Shown in pieces: positions 36,489 to 45,603 of a stretch of 64,000 nucleotides of DNA. The DNA comes from a virus (taxonomy: Duplodnaviria; Heunggongvirae; Uroviricota; Caudoviricetes), in the IMG/VR virus record IMGVR_UViG_3300031718_000177. One strand, written 5' to 3'. Below the pieces are notes generated by a model. It was not told the DNA's origin and did not search any database. It saw only the letters and a program-made list of their open reading frames with translations. How positions within the stretch are numbered: position 1 is the first letter of the stretch; each line of letters opens with the position of its first letter. Made by a program: the position numbers and the translations under genes.

Positions 36489-37004
36489 TTATTTATCTCT
36501 GGCTACGATTTTGTAAACTTCGTGTTGGTCTTCTATCCATCCACGTCTCAATAAATAATCCCTCCTCGTCTCGCCTGTAACCGTTAGCCCACCCGGCGAT
36601 TGTCGTATCTCGCCACAGCCAATATCTGCGGCTATATCCTCAAGTGCTTTATATAATGCCGCTCCGTGCCCTTGACCGCGATAACATTCATCTAGCGTGA
36701 TTGAACAGAGATACAATGTTTTTTCAACTATGATAACATCTAAGTTTGTACCTCGTTCGTGGAAGCCCACCCACCAACCAACCACAGAACTACCCGCGAT
36801 AACTCGTCGAACCTCCAAATTATCAATACGATATTTGGCGAATAGAGACCACTCTTGTAAACGTCGCGCAAAACTCTGATATACTTTTTCATTTGTAGGT
36901 AAAGCAGATGAATCAATCGAAGCCATAATTTCATCTCTTGTGGTATTGGCAATAATATATCTCCTTTTTCTGCCATGCGGTAATAAGGCATTGACTGTGA
37001 ACAT
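36489..37004 (-). CDS. GNAT-family N-acetyltransferase
   Basis: ITLDECYRGQGHGAALY acetyl-CoA binding motif A. Confidence 0.85.
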   Translation of the reverse strand: MFTVNALLPHGRKRRYIIANTTRDEIMASIDSSALPTNEKVYQSFARRLQEWSLFAKYRIDNLEVRRVIAGSSVVGWWVGFHERGTNLDVIIVEKTLYLCSITLDECYRGQGHGAALYKALEDIAADIGCGEIRQSPGGLTVTGETRRDYLLRRGWIEDQHEVYKIVARDK

Positions 37005-37334
37005 TTACCTCAACTCCGGGCATTTGAGATTGTGTCTAGTACAGAAGGATTTGATAGGCGTCATCGCCTTTTTCACTTGCTCAATAGTCACCAACCCTTC
37101 TCTACGTCCGAAATCTTTACCAGCATCGTCAATTAAGGTCATAAGTTTCTTGGCAGAATTGATTCCGGCCTTCCAATAACTCCAACCATCGGAGTTATTA
37201 TTCACTAGGTCGCGAAGGTCAGATAATAGGCGAGTAGCCGGACCAAGAATAGGATGGTCTTCGTACTGTTCTTTCTTGCTATCAATTTCCCACTCGTTCA
37301 TAAAGTACATTATTCCGCTCCTTGAAATCGCCAT
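37005..37334 (-). CDS. Conserved phage hypothetical (NSDGWSYW)
   Basis: Recognisable family motif. Confidence 0.75.
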   Translation of the reverse strand: MAISRSGIMYFMNEWEIDSKKEQYEDHPILGPATRLLSDLRDLVNNNSDGWSYWKAGINSAKKLMTLIDDAGKDFGRREGLVTIEQVKKAMTPIKSFCTRHNLKCPELR

Positions 37335-37603
37335 TCCAAGAATGGAATTACACTCTCAAGTACCTTTTGGATTTTAGGCGTCGTATAGCGATAGCGAAGT
37401 TCGTAAAGTCCCTCTTCTCGTTTTTCAAGGAACCAACCGTTTCCAGAATCAAGTTGCCATTCTTGTTTCGATTCCTTAAAAGTTTTATCCTCACGGAAAA
37501 AAGGAACCATTACCCTCGGGTCAAACCCAAGAGTTAAAGCAACTGCTTGAGCTAATTGCTTTGGATTCTGATTCCACCTTTTTGAAACTCTGAATTGGAT
37601 CAT
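37310..37603 (-). CDS. Hypothetical protein
   Basis: Tiling ORF. Confidence 0.65.
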   Translation of the reverse strand: MIQFRVSKRWNQNPKQLAQAVALTLGFDPRVMVPFFREDKTFKESKQEWQLDSGNGWFLEKREEGLYELRYRYTTPKIQKVLESVIPFLEWRFQGAE

Positions 37604-37606
37604 TTT

Positions 37607-37915
37607 TCACCATTCACCATCGCCAAAAAGAACTGTTGGGTCGCACATACCGATATATCTGTCATCAAGTTGGATTTCGCCTGAATCAAATATCACTACT
37701 TCGTGATCGTGGTTGTCGGTTATGTTGGCAAGAGAGGTATAGACATACGAATTCATAATTCCTACGCTACGGTCGGATGGTTCGTATCCATCAAACCCTT
37801 GAACAGTAATTTCTTTTGAGTTGCCCGCCTTGTCCGTGTAGGGAATTGTAATTGGGCTTTTGAGTTTCTTTTCTAACCCCAGCCTCCTTTGTTGGAAACG
37901 CTTATTCACTGCCAT
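37607..37915 (-). CDS. Hypothetical protein
   Basis: Tiling ORF. Confidence 0.65.
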   Translation of the reverse strand: MAVNKRFQQRRLGLEKKLKSPITIPYTDKAGNSKEITVQGFDGYEPSDRSVGIMNSYVYTSLANITDNHDHEVVIFDSGEIQLDDRYIGMCDPTVLFGDGEW

Positions 37916-38108
37916 GTTGCTTCTCCACCATTTCTACGAGATGTTCTATTTGTTCATCGCTAGCTTCATACACCCTCAAATCTGGCGTAGGAGTAAGTAG
38001 CCAACTTTTAGTCGGAAAGCGATGAGCAAGCTGACTGTTACAACGTAGTACAGCTTGAAGCAACACACAGCCCGGTCGCATTAGTTTTATGTCAAATGCA
38101 ATTCTCAT
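37902..38108 (-). CDS. Hypothetical protein
   Basis: Tiling ORF. Confidence 0.65.
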   Translation of the reverse strand: MRIAFDIKLMRPGCVLLQAVLRCNSQLAHRFPTKSWLLTPTPDLRVYEASDEQIEHLVEMVEKQHGSE

Positions 38109-38329
38109 TAGATACCCAAGTCCTGTCCGTTTAGATACTCTTGCTTCGATTCCTCAAAAGTTTTTTCGGTCATCTTGTCTAATTCCTCTTGCGGTAATCC
38201 CTGGCATTCTAATGCCATTGTACCCTGAACTAACCGTGTAATTCGTATTGCTCTTTTCCTAAGTTTATCTTCAATATCTGGTGTAAGAATACGTTCAGGT
38301 TTGATAGGCGTAGTCATGTGGGCCTCCAA
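38108..38329 (-). CDS. Hypothetical protein
   Basis: Tiling ORF. Confidence 0.6.
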   Translation of the reverse strand: MEAHMTTPIKPERILTPDIEDKLRKRAIRITRLVQGTMALECQGLPQEELDKMTEKTFEESKQEYLNGQDLGI

Positions 38330-38477
38330 TCAGTAGAACTTGCCCTGGAAGAATTCGCCAACACCCTCTTCGGCATCGGCCTTTCTAATACGTTCTCGTT
38401 CGTTCTCTCTGCGTGTTCTCCCTTTAACGCAGTTAACCTGCCCCTGCGTTTTCTGGCTTTGTTTCGTTTGCTTGTTT

Positions 38478-38852
38478 TCATTTGAGTCCCCAGCAATTTA
38501 AGTATAGCAGTCCGATCGAACGACCACCCCATTCTTTGATTTTGGAAATCCTTTGCCGATATTCGTCTACGGAACTATCTTGAGTTATTTCTTCGAGAGA
38601 GTTAAGAAGGTCGGTTAACTCTGCTGTGCAAATCGCCCAACGCTTGTAGTCGAAAGATGGCGTATCTTTGTTATCAGCGTTCGCATATTTAGCTTGATAC
38701 TCTTTCACTAATTTGTGGATAGCTTCCTTCCAAGATTTGCGAATACGATGAGCGGCAATACAAGCTACTTCTTCAAGGTTCAGGCTCTTATGTAATCTAT
38801 CGTGTAGATCAACGATGCTAACTTTGGTGAGGAAAGAAGGTTTCTCGTTCAT
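38478..38852 (-). CDS. Hypothetical protein
   Basis: Tiling ORF. Confidence 0.7.
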   Translation of the reverse strand: MNEKPSFLTKVSIVDLHDRLHKSLNLEEVACIAAHRIRKSWKEAIHKLVKEYQAKYANADNKDTPSFDYKRWAICTAELTDLLNSLEEITQDSSVDEYRQRISKIKEWGGRSIGLLYLNCWGLK

Positions 38853-39046
38853 ATTTATTTCCTAGTGCCGCTCTATTAGAAAGTTTAGTCACTTGCTTTT
38901 ACCTTCCAGTACAGAAACGCGGGCTTTCAAGTCCCTGATATTGTCTTCGTCGGATTTAATTCTATTAAATGCGGTAAGGACAACAAAAATGATACAAGCA
39001 GCAATTGCCATCTTCCATAACCCTTCAACAATCGCAACAAAAAGTT

Positions 39047-39376
39047 TCATTCCAGAAACTCCACGGCATTAGCAGGGATGATGCACCAATCCATAGAGTA
39101 TTTTTCATATACCTTATGACCTGAATAGGCACTAACTACATCTATGATTTCCGATACATACTGACCGCCACGCCTAATTAGCTCTCGTGATTTGTGTAGA
39201 TAGCCAATGGTAATATCACCTTTACGGAACCAAGTAAAACCTTTGCGTCCTGTATTTCGTTTAAGGCGTATCTTTTTGCTACGTTCTGTTGTCCTTTTAT
39301 ATTGCGGATATAATTTCAAGAATTCGTATGCCGCCGCTATATGGTCTTCGCACCAGATATAAGGGATTTTGCTCAC
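39047..39376 (-). CDS. Hypothetical protein
   Basis: Tiling ORF. Confidence 0.65.
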   Translation of the reverse strand: MSKIPYIWCEDHIAAAYEFLKLYPQYKRTTERSKKIRLKRNTGRKGFTWFRKGDITIGYLHKSRELIRRGGQYVSEIIDVVSAYSGHKVYEKYSMDWCIIPANAVEFLE

Positions 39377-39585
39377 TTTGCAACCTTAGCAAGCAAAGTA
39401 GCGGCCAGTGCGCCAACCCCCATACTAACAAGAAGTCCCGACAAATAGCTCTCGGTATATCTCTCTACAGTGATGCCCGACACAACTCCTAGTAAAGTCG
39501 CTAGGGAGATATAACAGAATGCTTTCATAGCTCTACCTTTCGTGGCTTGATGTATGTAATATGTCCGCAAGTAGGGCAAATCCAT
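39373..39585 (-). CDS. Small two-TM membrane protein
   Basis: Two hydrophobic segments. Confidence 0.6.
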   Translation of the reverse strand: MDLPYLRTYYIHQATKGRAMKAFCYISLATLLGVVSGITVERYTESYLSGLLVSMGVGALAATLLAKVAK

Positions 39586-39706
39586 CTACCGGATTCCGTG
39601 AAAACCCTCATACTCGGAGGATAATGTTCGGGGTCTCTACACTTAACTTGGTCGTCCCAAGGTAATTTCTTCTCTTGTTCTGAATCTGGAATGAAAGGCA
39701 TGTTTC

Positions 39707-39898
39707 TTACCCCTTGAACAGCGTTAGTACAGTTCTGATGGGGATGGACGGCGGTTCTTCGTATCTTGATAGCATCCCTCCCATAACTTCGTCGCCATCA
39801 ATAGCGAAAGAGAACCACACGCGACCAATTTCATCGCGTTGGGTTGTGTATCTAATACCCATCATCCAAAATATAACTCGGCGAAGGAGTTGTTTCAT
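39707..39898 (-). CDS. Hypothetical protein
   Basis: Tiling ORF. Confidence 0.55.
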   Translation of the reverse strand: MKQLLRRVIFWMMGIRYTTQRDEIGRVWFSFAIDGDEVMGGMLSRYEEPPSIPIRTVLTLFKG

Positions 39899-40152
39899 AA
39901 TTCTTCTCTATCCTTCTCGAACTCCCGTGCTATACGTTTCCACTTCCTAATTTCTCTTTTGCTTAGAGGCCGCGAAAGTTCTTCTATTGATTTACCTGTT
40001 TTCTCAGCTTCCTCTTGAAGCAGTTCCTTAACTCGCTCTTCCAACGGGATTCGCCGAAATTGGTCAACAAACCTTTCGGGTGCAACAAACCTTTCGGGTG
40101 CCGAAGTCTTGGTCCAGAACATCCTTTTAAGTACAGATAGAAAATGTTTCAT
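39895..40152 (-). CDS. Hypothetical protein with APERFV duplication
   Basis: 18-nt tandem repeat. Confidence 0.6.
   Translation of the reverse strand: MKHFLSVLKRMFWTKTSAPERFVAPERFVDQFRRIPLEERVKELLQEEAEKTGKSIEELSRPLSKREIRKWKRIAREFEKDREEL
40065..40100. repeat. Perfect 18-nt tandem duplication
   Basis: caacaaacctttcgggtg x2. Confidence 0.9.
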
Positions 40153-40192
40153 GGTTAGAAGAATCCAGTAACTAGGGCCGCCCTATTAAGGG

Positions 40193-40558
40193 TTACGAAC
40201 AATGTGGCCTTCTTAGTTTGTCGTCCGGCAACTTGTATACGAAATGGTGTGGAACCCCAAGGAAGGGAATAATACCAGTTAGCTCATTAGGAGTGGTAGT
40301 GATAGCCACCTCCTGCCATGCTTTCTTTCCAATAGCTCCGCAATCGGTACGATGGACTTCTAATGTAGCTACTAGTACAGTCCCATCATAAACTTCGACA
40401 GTAGCCGTATTGGCCGTCAACTCAACCGTTCGCGTGTGCATCGGCTTTGTCCCTATAAAAGAGGACATCTGGATAGCTGTGAAGAACGATCCCTCTTTGA
40501 TACCAGGGGAGATACCACCAGTGCCTACGTCTCCTAAGCACGAACATACTCCATCCAC
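40193..40558 (-). CDS. Hypothetical protein (true start probably MHTRTV)
   Basis: Tiling ORF. Confidence 0.5.
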   Translation of the reverse strand: MDGVCSCLGDVGTGGISPGIKEGSFFTAIQMSSFIGTKPMHTRTVELTANTATVEVYDGTVLVATLEVHRTDCGAIGKKAWQEVAITTTPNELTGIIPFLGVPHHFVYKLPDDKLRRPHCS

Positions 40559-40612
40559 GATGTTTAAGTATGAAGTGGCCGATAGGCCAGGAGAGGTATG
40601 TGAGAATGGTTT

Positions 40613-40942
40613 TCATATTCTCAGCAATTCATCCAAAGCGTCTTCATTGATATTCATAAGTGGATGTTCCCAAGCATCATTAGACCGTAGATCGTCATTA
40701 AAGTGAGCTACTTTGCCATAAATAGTCCAAGTGATTGAAGGGCGTTCATCCTTCGGCATCTTGTGCAATGCCGCTCTTAGAACTTGAAGGACAAGCAAGT
40801 TAGAGATATGAAATATGAAGCTGAACCCCGTTCGCGGACTGCGAGCCTGCTCTAACGCTATATTCACTTCCTCTGCTACCTCGCAGTCAGCAATAGGAAT
40901 ACCTTCTTCGTCTAGCCAAACTTGTAACTTGCCGATAGCCAT
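40613..40942 (-). CDS. Hypothetical protein
   Basis: AGGAG RBS. Confidence 0.7.
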   Translation of the reverse strand: MAIGKLQVWLDEEGIPIADCEVAEEVNIALEQARSPRTGFSFIFHISNLLVLQVLRAALHKMPKDERPSITWTIYGKVAHFNDDLRSNDAWEHPLMNINEDALDELLRI

Positions 40943-40953
40943 TCTTTACACTC

Positions 40954-41322
40954 CTAACTTAGAACCTCTTGATAGATGAGAAGACCGCCTTGGAAGATTG
41001 TTAGAGAGACGATAACAGGATAAATCCACGTAGGTTTCCGCTTATGTAGAATGACAAGGGCACCTAGTACAATTAGAGTGCCCAATGCTTTAACATAAAG
41101 CAAATAGGGTGTGCCGCCATATTTCAGAAGGTATAAGTTCATCGGATTTTTCTCAAAACTAGATATTGGTTCTTGCCCCTTTATCCTTTCAGTACAACCA
41201 TTTGGGTCTTGTCTATTTGTACGAACTACCAGATAGCCGTCGCGTAGTGAGGCACTACCGATGAAGATAATCATCGCTAACAGAATGTTCTCAGCACGGA
41301 TGATTTTAGCTCGATTCATCAT
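40954..41322 (-). CDS. Membrane protein, DUF5658-like (E.NP...KALGT)
   Basis: Three TM segments; EKNPM...VKALGT pattern. Confidence 0.6.
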   Translation of the reverse strand: MMNRAKIIRAENILLAMIIFIGSASLRDGYLVVRTNRQDPNGCTERIKGQEPISSFEKNPMNLYLLKYGGTPYLLYVKALGTLIVLGALVILHKRKPTWIYPVIVSLTIFQGGLLIYQEVLS

Positions 41323-41360
41323 CGCTTCCTCCGTGATGTGAAAGTACAGCTACGGAGCAA

Positions 41361-41687
41361 CTATCCCATTCCCAGGATTCGCCGCACTTCAAGCACAAAC
41401 TCATCTTCGCTCATTGTTGAGGGAGGGTCAAGTATTTCTAGGATAGTTTTAAGTGCCGCAGCACGCTCTTCTTCGTTTTTATTAAAAAGAGCTATTTTCA
41501 AGCATTCCATGAAGTCGCTACGGTCCCATATACCATCCTCAGAGTCATTTTCAGCAAGAGGTCGCACAATACTTCGTAAACGAGGATAAATTGTGTTAAG
41601 GAAATCAGCACAGTTTTTGCCTGCGATACTTTCTTTCGTCATTTGTTTTCCTTTACTCTTGCTCGCTGTCTTCTCGGTGCATCGCAC
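41361..41687 (-). CDS. Hypothetical protein
   Basis: Tiling ORF. Confidence 0.6.
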   Translation of the reverse strand: MRCTEKTASKSKGKQMTKESIAGKNCADFLNTIYPRLRSIVRPLAENDSEDGIWDRSDFMECLKIALFNKNEEERAAALKTILEILDPPSTMSEDEFVLEVRRILGMG

Positions 41688-41867
41688 CTTGCGTACCTCT
41701 CCCTATTTTCTTGGAAAGGATCGCCGCAACTTTTACATTCCATTGCTTAATAGCATCCCTAATTAGAGCCCGTTGTTTCTCCGTTGGAGCCACTGGGCAA
41801 GACAATAGAACACGTTAAGCATCCAGCCATTACCTCACCAGCTACGCGAAGAGCCTCAACATCTTTT

Positions 41868-42755
41868 TTAGTCGTCGTCTTCATCCTTCTTGCTTCCCTT
41901 CTTAGGAACGAAGTTAAGCATTTCACCAGCGATATTAGAGAGGAGTTCGTATTCTTGCTTCAGTCCACCCGGACATTTGATTTTCATATGCGAAGGATAG
42001 TACACCGGCTTAATCACGGTGAAGACGGCTCGAAGTTGTTCCGGCGTCTTAACATAGAGAGGCAAACGATCAAGGAATCCATCCTTAACCTCCACCCTTG
42101 CGGTACGATAGAACAACAGTTTCCGGTCAGCAGCAGTAAGTGGTTCCACATGAACCAAGCTATCTTTGCCTTCCGCATTTGCCATCGCATAAGCCATAAG
42201 CCGTTTAAGAGCTTCTGGCCCACCTTCCGTTTTCATAACATTATCGAAGGAATTGATACCACGAGCGGGAGAACAATTCAACTCGTTCTTCACAATCTCA
42301 ATAGCGATATCCTCGGGAATACCCAGGTTAGTCATCATATCAACGATAACGTCTTCGGGAGCCTGATTCTCCCCAATCGTAGGATTGATTTTGGTATAGC
42401 GAGCGTGAACTTGGAAGAGGCCGGAATAGGTAATCTCGCCATACTGGCAGGTAACTTTAGGATTGTGTTCGGGGCGTGACTTATTTGCTGTAACAAATTC
42501 GCACCAAGCAGTAATCAACCCATTCTCGGTGTCATCTTTCTGATTCTCGAAACACCCTTCAACTCGATCATATACTGCTTTATAGCGAACCAATTTAACA
42601 AAAGCCGCTTGTAGATTTTCAGGAATCGTCATCTCAAGATGCTTATCCTTCTTAGCCGAGGCAGCAGGTTGTTTAACCTCTGTTACCTTATCAACTTCGC
42701 CGAATAGGTCGTCCAAACTCGCAGATTTGTTCGCGGTTTTTGTTGCTTTTGCCAT
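41868..42755 (-). CDS. 295-aa hypothetical protein with acidic C-terminal tail
   Basis: AAAGGAAAA RBS; ends KKDEDDD. Confidence 0.8.
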   Translation of the reverse strand: MAKATKTANKSASLDDLFGEVDKVTEVKQPAASAKKDKHLEMTIPENLQAAFVKLVRYKAVYDRVEGCFENQKDDTENGLITAWCEFVTANKSRPEHNPKVTCQYGEITYSGLFQVHARYTKINPTIGENQAPEDVIVDMMTNLGIPEDIAIEIVKNELNCSPARGINSFDNVMKTEGGPEALKRLMAYAMANAEGKDSLVHVEPLTAADRKLLFYRTARVEVKDGFLDRLPLYVKTPEQLRAVFTVIKPVYYPSHMKIKCPGGLKQEYELLSNIAGEMLNFVPKKGSKKDEDDD

Positions 42756-42792
42756 GACAGGTTTTCCTTTGTGTGTTGGAAGATGGAATTAC

Positions 42793-42826
42793 TCGTCCAG
42801 ATAAGTTTTGTCGTCCAGATAAGTTT
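42793..42826. repeat. 18-nt-period tandem duplication in 5' leader
   Basis: tcgtccagataagttt x2. Confidence 0.85.
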
Positions 42827-42852
42827 CTGGCATTCCGCACCTTTAGTACAGC

Positions 42853-42917
42853 AAAAACTTCCATGTGCCATTGAGCCGAGAATAGCTGGGAAGCTAAACC
42901 GGCTCAATGGTGGCACA
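42853..42917 (-). terminator. Long hairpin + U-tract directly followed by CTGTACT
   Basis: CCATTGAGCCG/CGGCTCAATGG stem with inner TAGCT/AGCTA hairpin. Confidence 0.7.
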
Positions 42918-42928
42918 AGGAATGTCAA

Positions 42929-43255
42929 TCAGTTGGCCAGAGCGTCGAGGACGTTCTTGGCTTCGTGAAGGTTTCCGCAAGCGGAGAGGAAAGCACGACC
43001 GGCCTTGAGCACCTCAACGGCATTACCCGTATGAGCGGTCAGAGCCTTGCGAGCATTCTTCTTGCTCGTGTTCTTGGTATAGAACGCGGTTTTGATACTT
43101 CCATCCTTGGCATCGGGCCGCGTGGCCTGGACGAACTTGATGCACGCATTGATATCGTGCTCTTTCGTCGAAGCCTTGTAAGACGCAACGAGCGTCTTAA
43201 CCGTGACCTTCTTCGCCGGAGCCGTAGCTTCAGCAGTCGCAGAACTCTTAGTCAT
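42929..43255 (-). CDS. Small Lys/Ala-rich basic protein (putative DNA-binding)
   Basis: K/A-rich; C-terminal L.AG.AFL..CG.L..A..VL..L helices. Confidence 0.7.
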   Translation of the reverse strand: MTKSSATAEATAPAKKVTVKTLVASYKASTKEHDINACIKFVQATRPDAKDGSIKTAFYTKNTSKKNARKALTAHTGNAVEVLKAGRAFLSACGNLHEAKNVLDALAN

Positions 43256-43330
43256 CGGACACCAAACCTTTCTGGAAAGTGAAAAGAAATGAACAACCCT
43301 CTAAGTACAACTCTTTGGGTTACTGGAACG

Positions 43331-43390
43331 AAAAAAAGTGCCTTGTGTCTACGTGCTCAATGAAATGCCCACAGCGTTTCCCGGCACCTT
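43331..43390 (-). terminator. Terminator-like stem with about 40-nt insertion
   Basis: GGTGCC/GGCACT + U7. Confidence 0.55.
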
Positions 43391-43428
43391 TTCTCTACAC
43401 CAGTGTTTCCGTTTTTTACAGTACAGTT

Positions 43429-43629
43429 TTAACGCCGGTCCCAATCTTCGATTACGTCAACGGCAGATTGTAAAGTCGTAATCAAATTCTTAACTTCCTT
43501 AACAGATAGTTCGTTTCGGCAAATCATCCAACGCATAAGAATCGTGCCCTGTTGGCCCGGTCGGCGGTCCATTTGCGGTTCTACACTAACTGATGTTTCG
43601 GGATTGGCGAAAACTAGTTGTTTTTTCAT
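43429..43629 (-). CDS. Hypothetical protein
   Basis: Tiling ORF. Confidence 0.6.
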   Translation of the reverse strand: MKKQLVFANPETSVSVEPQMDRRPGQQGTILMRWMICRNELSVKEVKNLITTLQSAVDVIEDWDRR

Positions 43630-43862
43630 GTTTTGTCCTCTTCGCTCTTGCCCTTACAGAACGTAATGAAATCTGGGTCGTCTTCCAAGTCAAATCGCTC
43701 TCTTCGTGCCATCTTTGAGTATTTTTCTAACTTCATCGCTATCCATACGATAGAAATTAAAAGACATACAAGCGATAAAGATGTAGGATGTAAAAAGAAG
43801 GATAAAGATGCTCCGGTTATGCCGACAAGCACTTCAGCTAAAAGTAGCATCCTTGCTGTCAT
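43626..43862 (-). CDS. Two-TM membrane protein
   Basis: Hydrophobic N-terminal half. Confidence 0.65.
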   Translation of the reverse strand: MTARMLLLAEVLVGITGASLSFFLHPTSLSLVCLLISIVWIAMKLEKYSKMARRERFDLEDDPDFITFCKGKSEEDKT

Positions 43863-43905
43863 GTTTTCCTTTCATTCCCTTAGTACAGCCCCACCGTCGT
43901 TTCCG

Positions 43906-44769
43906 TTACTCCCAGCCCTCAAGTTTGACCTTGACCGATCTGCGGTCATCGTTGAAAGTATGCGAAACAGTCAATACCACGGTATCACCCAGCTTATAGT
44001 CGTTAAGTATAGCAACCAGATCATCACAATTTTTTAGAGGTTTGCCATCCATTTCAACAATCTTGTCGAAGGGTTCCAAGCCGGCCATCCTCGCGGTATT
44101 ACCTACTACAGAACTCACTATACAACCCGCACCCATCGAATTCGGTGTAAACTCAATCCCTAACCTGACCGGGCTGCGTTTTGATATTTCGACTACATTA
44201 GGCAAATCACGTCGTAGCTCATTCACTTTATCATCACTCACCTTAGCCCCTCGGATTTGATATATTTGTGTAAGAGATTTTATCCTTGCTATCTGCCGTA
44301 ATCCTTCATTACCGCCAGTCCAGCTAGGTAAAATAACTACCCTTTCTCCTTCTTGTATTCCCATCACAGTTGGCTTAGAAGTCACTTCCACCTTACCGTT
44401 CATACTGCGGACTAAAACCGTCGCTCGCCGTGCTGCAATATCTTCGTGGATACGTAGAATCTCTGTAGCTCTTTGAGATATGGCCGGTGGAGCATGAATT
44501 GTGTAATCTTGTAGTACAGCTTCGGCATCGTCAATGCCTTTGTCTTTAACCGAAATATAAGTGTTTTCTAATATCCCAACAGCACGAATAGAGGCTTCTA
44601 AACTACCCGATTTGTATAGTCCCTTGAGATATGGCAGGGATTTTTCTTTACCATTCATTAGAGTAATGGTAGCTGCTTCCCGTTTCGCGTAATCAGGACT
44701 CCCTAGATTAGCAGCCGCTTCACTAAGCGGCATAGTTATTATATAAGAGATTAGGAGAGTTGGGAGCAT
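43906..44769 (-). CDS. Exported HEAT-like repeat + C-terminal PDZ domain protein
   Basis: Signal-like N-terminus; LGSPDYAKREAAT; RLGIEF...ARMAGLEPFDKIVEMDGKP PDZ pattern. Confidence 0.85.
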   Translation of the reverse strand: MLPTLLISYIITMPLSEAAANLGSPDYAKREAATITLMNGKEKSLPYLKGLYKSGSLEASIRAVGILENTYISVKDKGIDDAEAVLQDYTIHAPPAISQRATEILRIHEDIAARRATVLVRSMNGKVEVTSKPTVMGIQEGERVVILPSWTGGNEGLRQIARIKSLTQIYQIRGAKVSDDKVNELRRDLPNVVEISKRSPVRLGIEFTPNSMGAGCIVSSVVGNTARMAGLEPFDKIVEMDGKPLKNCDDLVAILNDYKLGDTVVLTVSHTFNDDRRSVKVKLEGWE

Positions 44770-44778
44770 ATTTTTATC

Positions 44779-44961
44779 CTATGACATGAAAGAACCATCA
44801 GGACCAATTTTAGGCGGGGCAAGTCGCTTTCCTAGTTCGTCTAAACGACGGGCTTCTTCTCGCTGCATTTCCTCTTTTACCACTGCTTCAATATATTCTT
44901 CGTTAGTCATACCTAAGTGAGCAAGATTTAGATTTTGGGCCGCCCATTGAAAACCGTTCAT
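44779..44961 (-). CDS. Hypothetical protein
   Basis: Tiling ORF. Confidence 0.6.
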   Translation of the reverse strand: MNGFQWAAQNLNLAHLGMTNEEYIEAVVKEEMQREEARRLDELGKRLAPPKIGPDGSFMS

Positions 44962-44970
44962 TGTCGTCTC

Positions 44971-45300
44971 CTACGTTAGAAAGTGATGCAGAACCCACGA
45001 AGCAATGAAAGTTACTACTGCTCCAAATAACGAAATGACTTGTGAGAAAAAGATAGCTTTCGCACTTGCTGCCTGCACCTTCGGATTACTGAAAAGGATA
45101 GATATAATAGGCATCCTCACCGGAAAATGCACATAGGCATCAAACATCAGAAGAATAGCAAAACAATGCCAGTAATGGAGTGGGTGTAATCCATGCAGGA
45201 TAGGGACGACGAACCACACATACTGATGTTGGAACACAAACGCCCATAACATAAGGAGGAGTATCTTCGCTGGCAGCAAACTAAACCACTTAGCGAGCAT
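44971..45300 (-). CDS. Multi-TM membrane protein (WFVVP...YWH)
   Basis: Paralogous to 46483-46806. Confidence 0.7.
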   Translation of the reverse strand: MLAKWFSLLPAKILLLMLWAFVFQHQYVWFVVPILHGLHPLHYWHCFAILLMFDAYVHFPVRMPIISILFSNPKVQAASAKAIFFSQVISLFGAVVTFIASWVLHHFLT

Positions 45301-45601
45301 TGGTTTCTTCTAACGACTTCTTAATTGTGGCTGGAGACGCATGATAAATTATTGTCCAATGATCGTGGATAATTCTTTGCTCTCCGTTGGGAAGCGTAAA
45401 GGCGACAGCAGAAGGGTAAGTCCAATCAATCTGATTTTCCTCTGGATTCCACGATTCGATAATTTTGCCGCTATCATTGCGATGGATTACCATACATTTC
45501 GGCTTCTCCGACACGATAGCTTCATCAGGGGTTTTACTGCTACACCCCATACACACGGCTACACAGCACAGAACAAAAGCAAGCAAAATCAGTCGTTTCA
45601 T
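45290..45601 (-). CDS. Putative lipoprotein
   Basis: MKRLILLAFVLCCVAVCMGC lipobox-like. Confidence 0.7.
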   Translation of the reverse strand: MKRLILLAFVLCCVAVCMGCSSKTPDEAIVSEKPKCMVIHRNDSGKIIESWNPEENQIDWTYPSAVAFTLPNGEQRIIHDHWTIIYHASPATIKKSLEETNAR

Positions 45602-45603
45602 TT

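Noticed and set aside
42683-42928. 81-aa ORF upstream of the 295-aa gene
   Set aside because: It overlaps a terminator hairpin, a motif copy and a leader repeat; more likely non-coding
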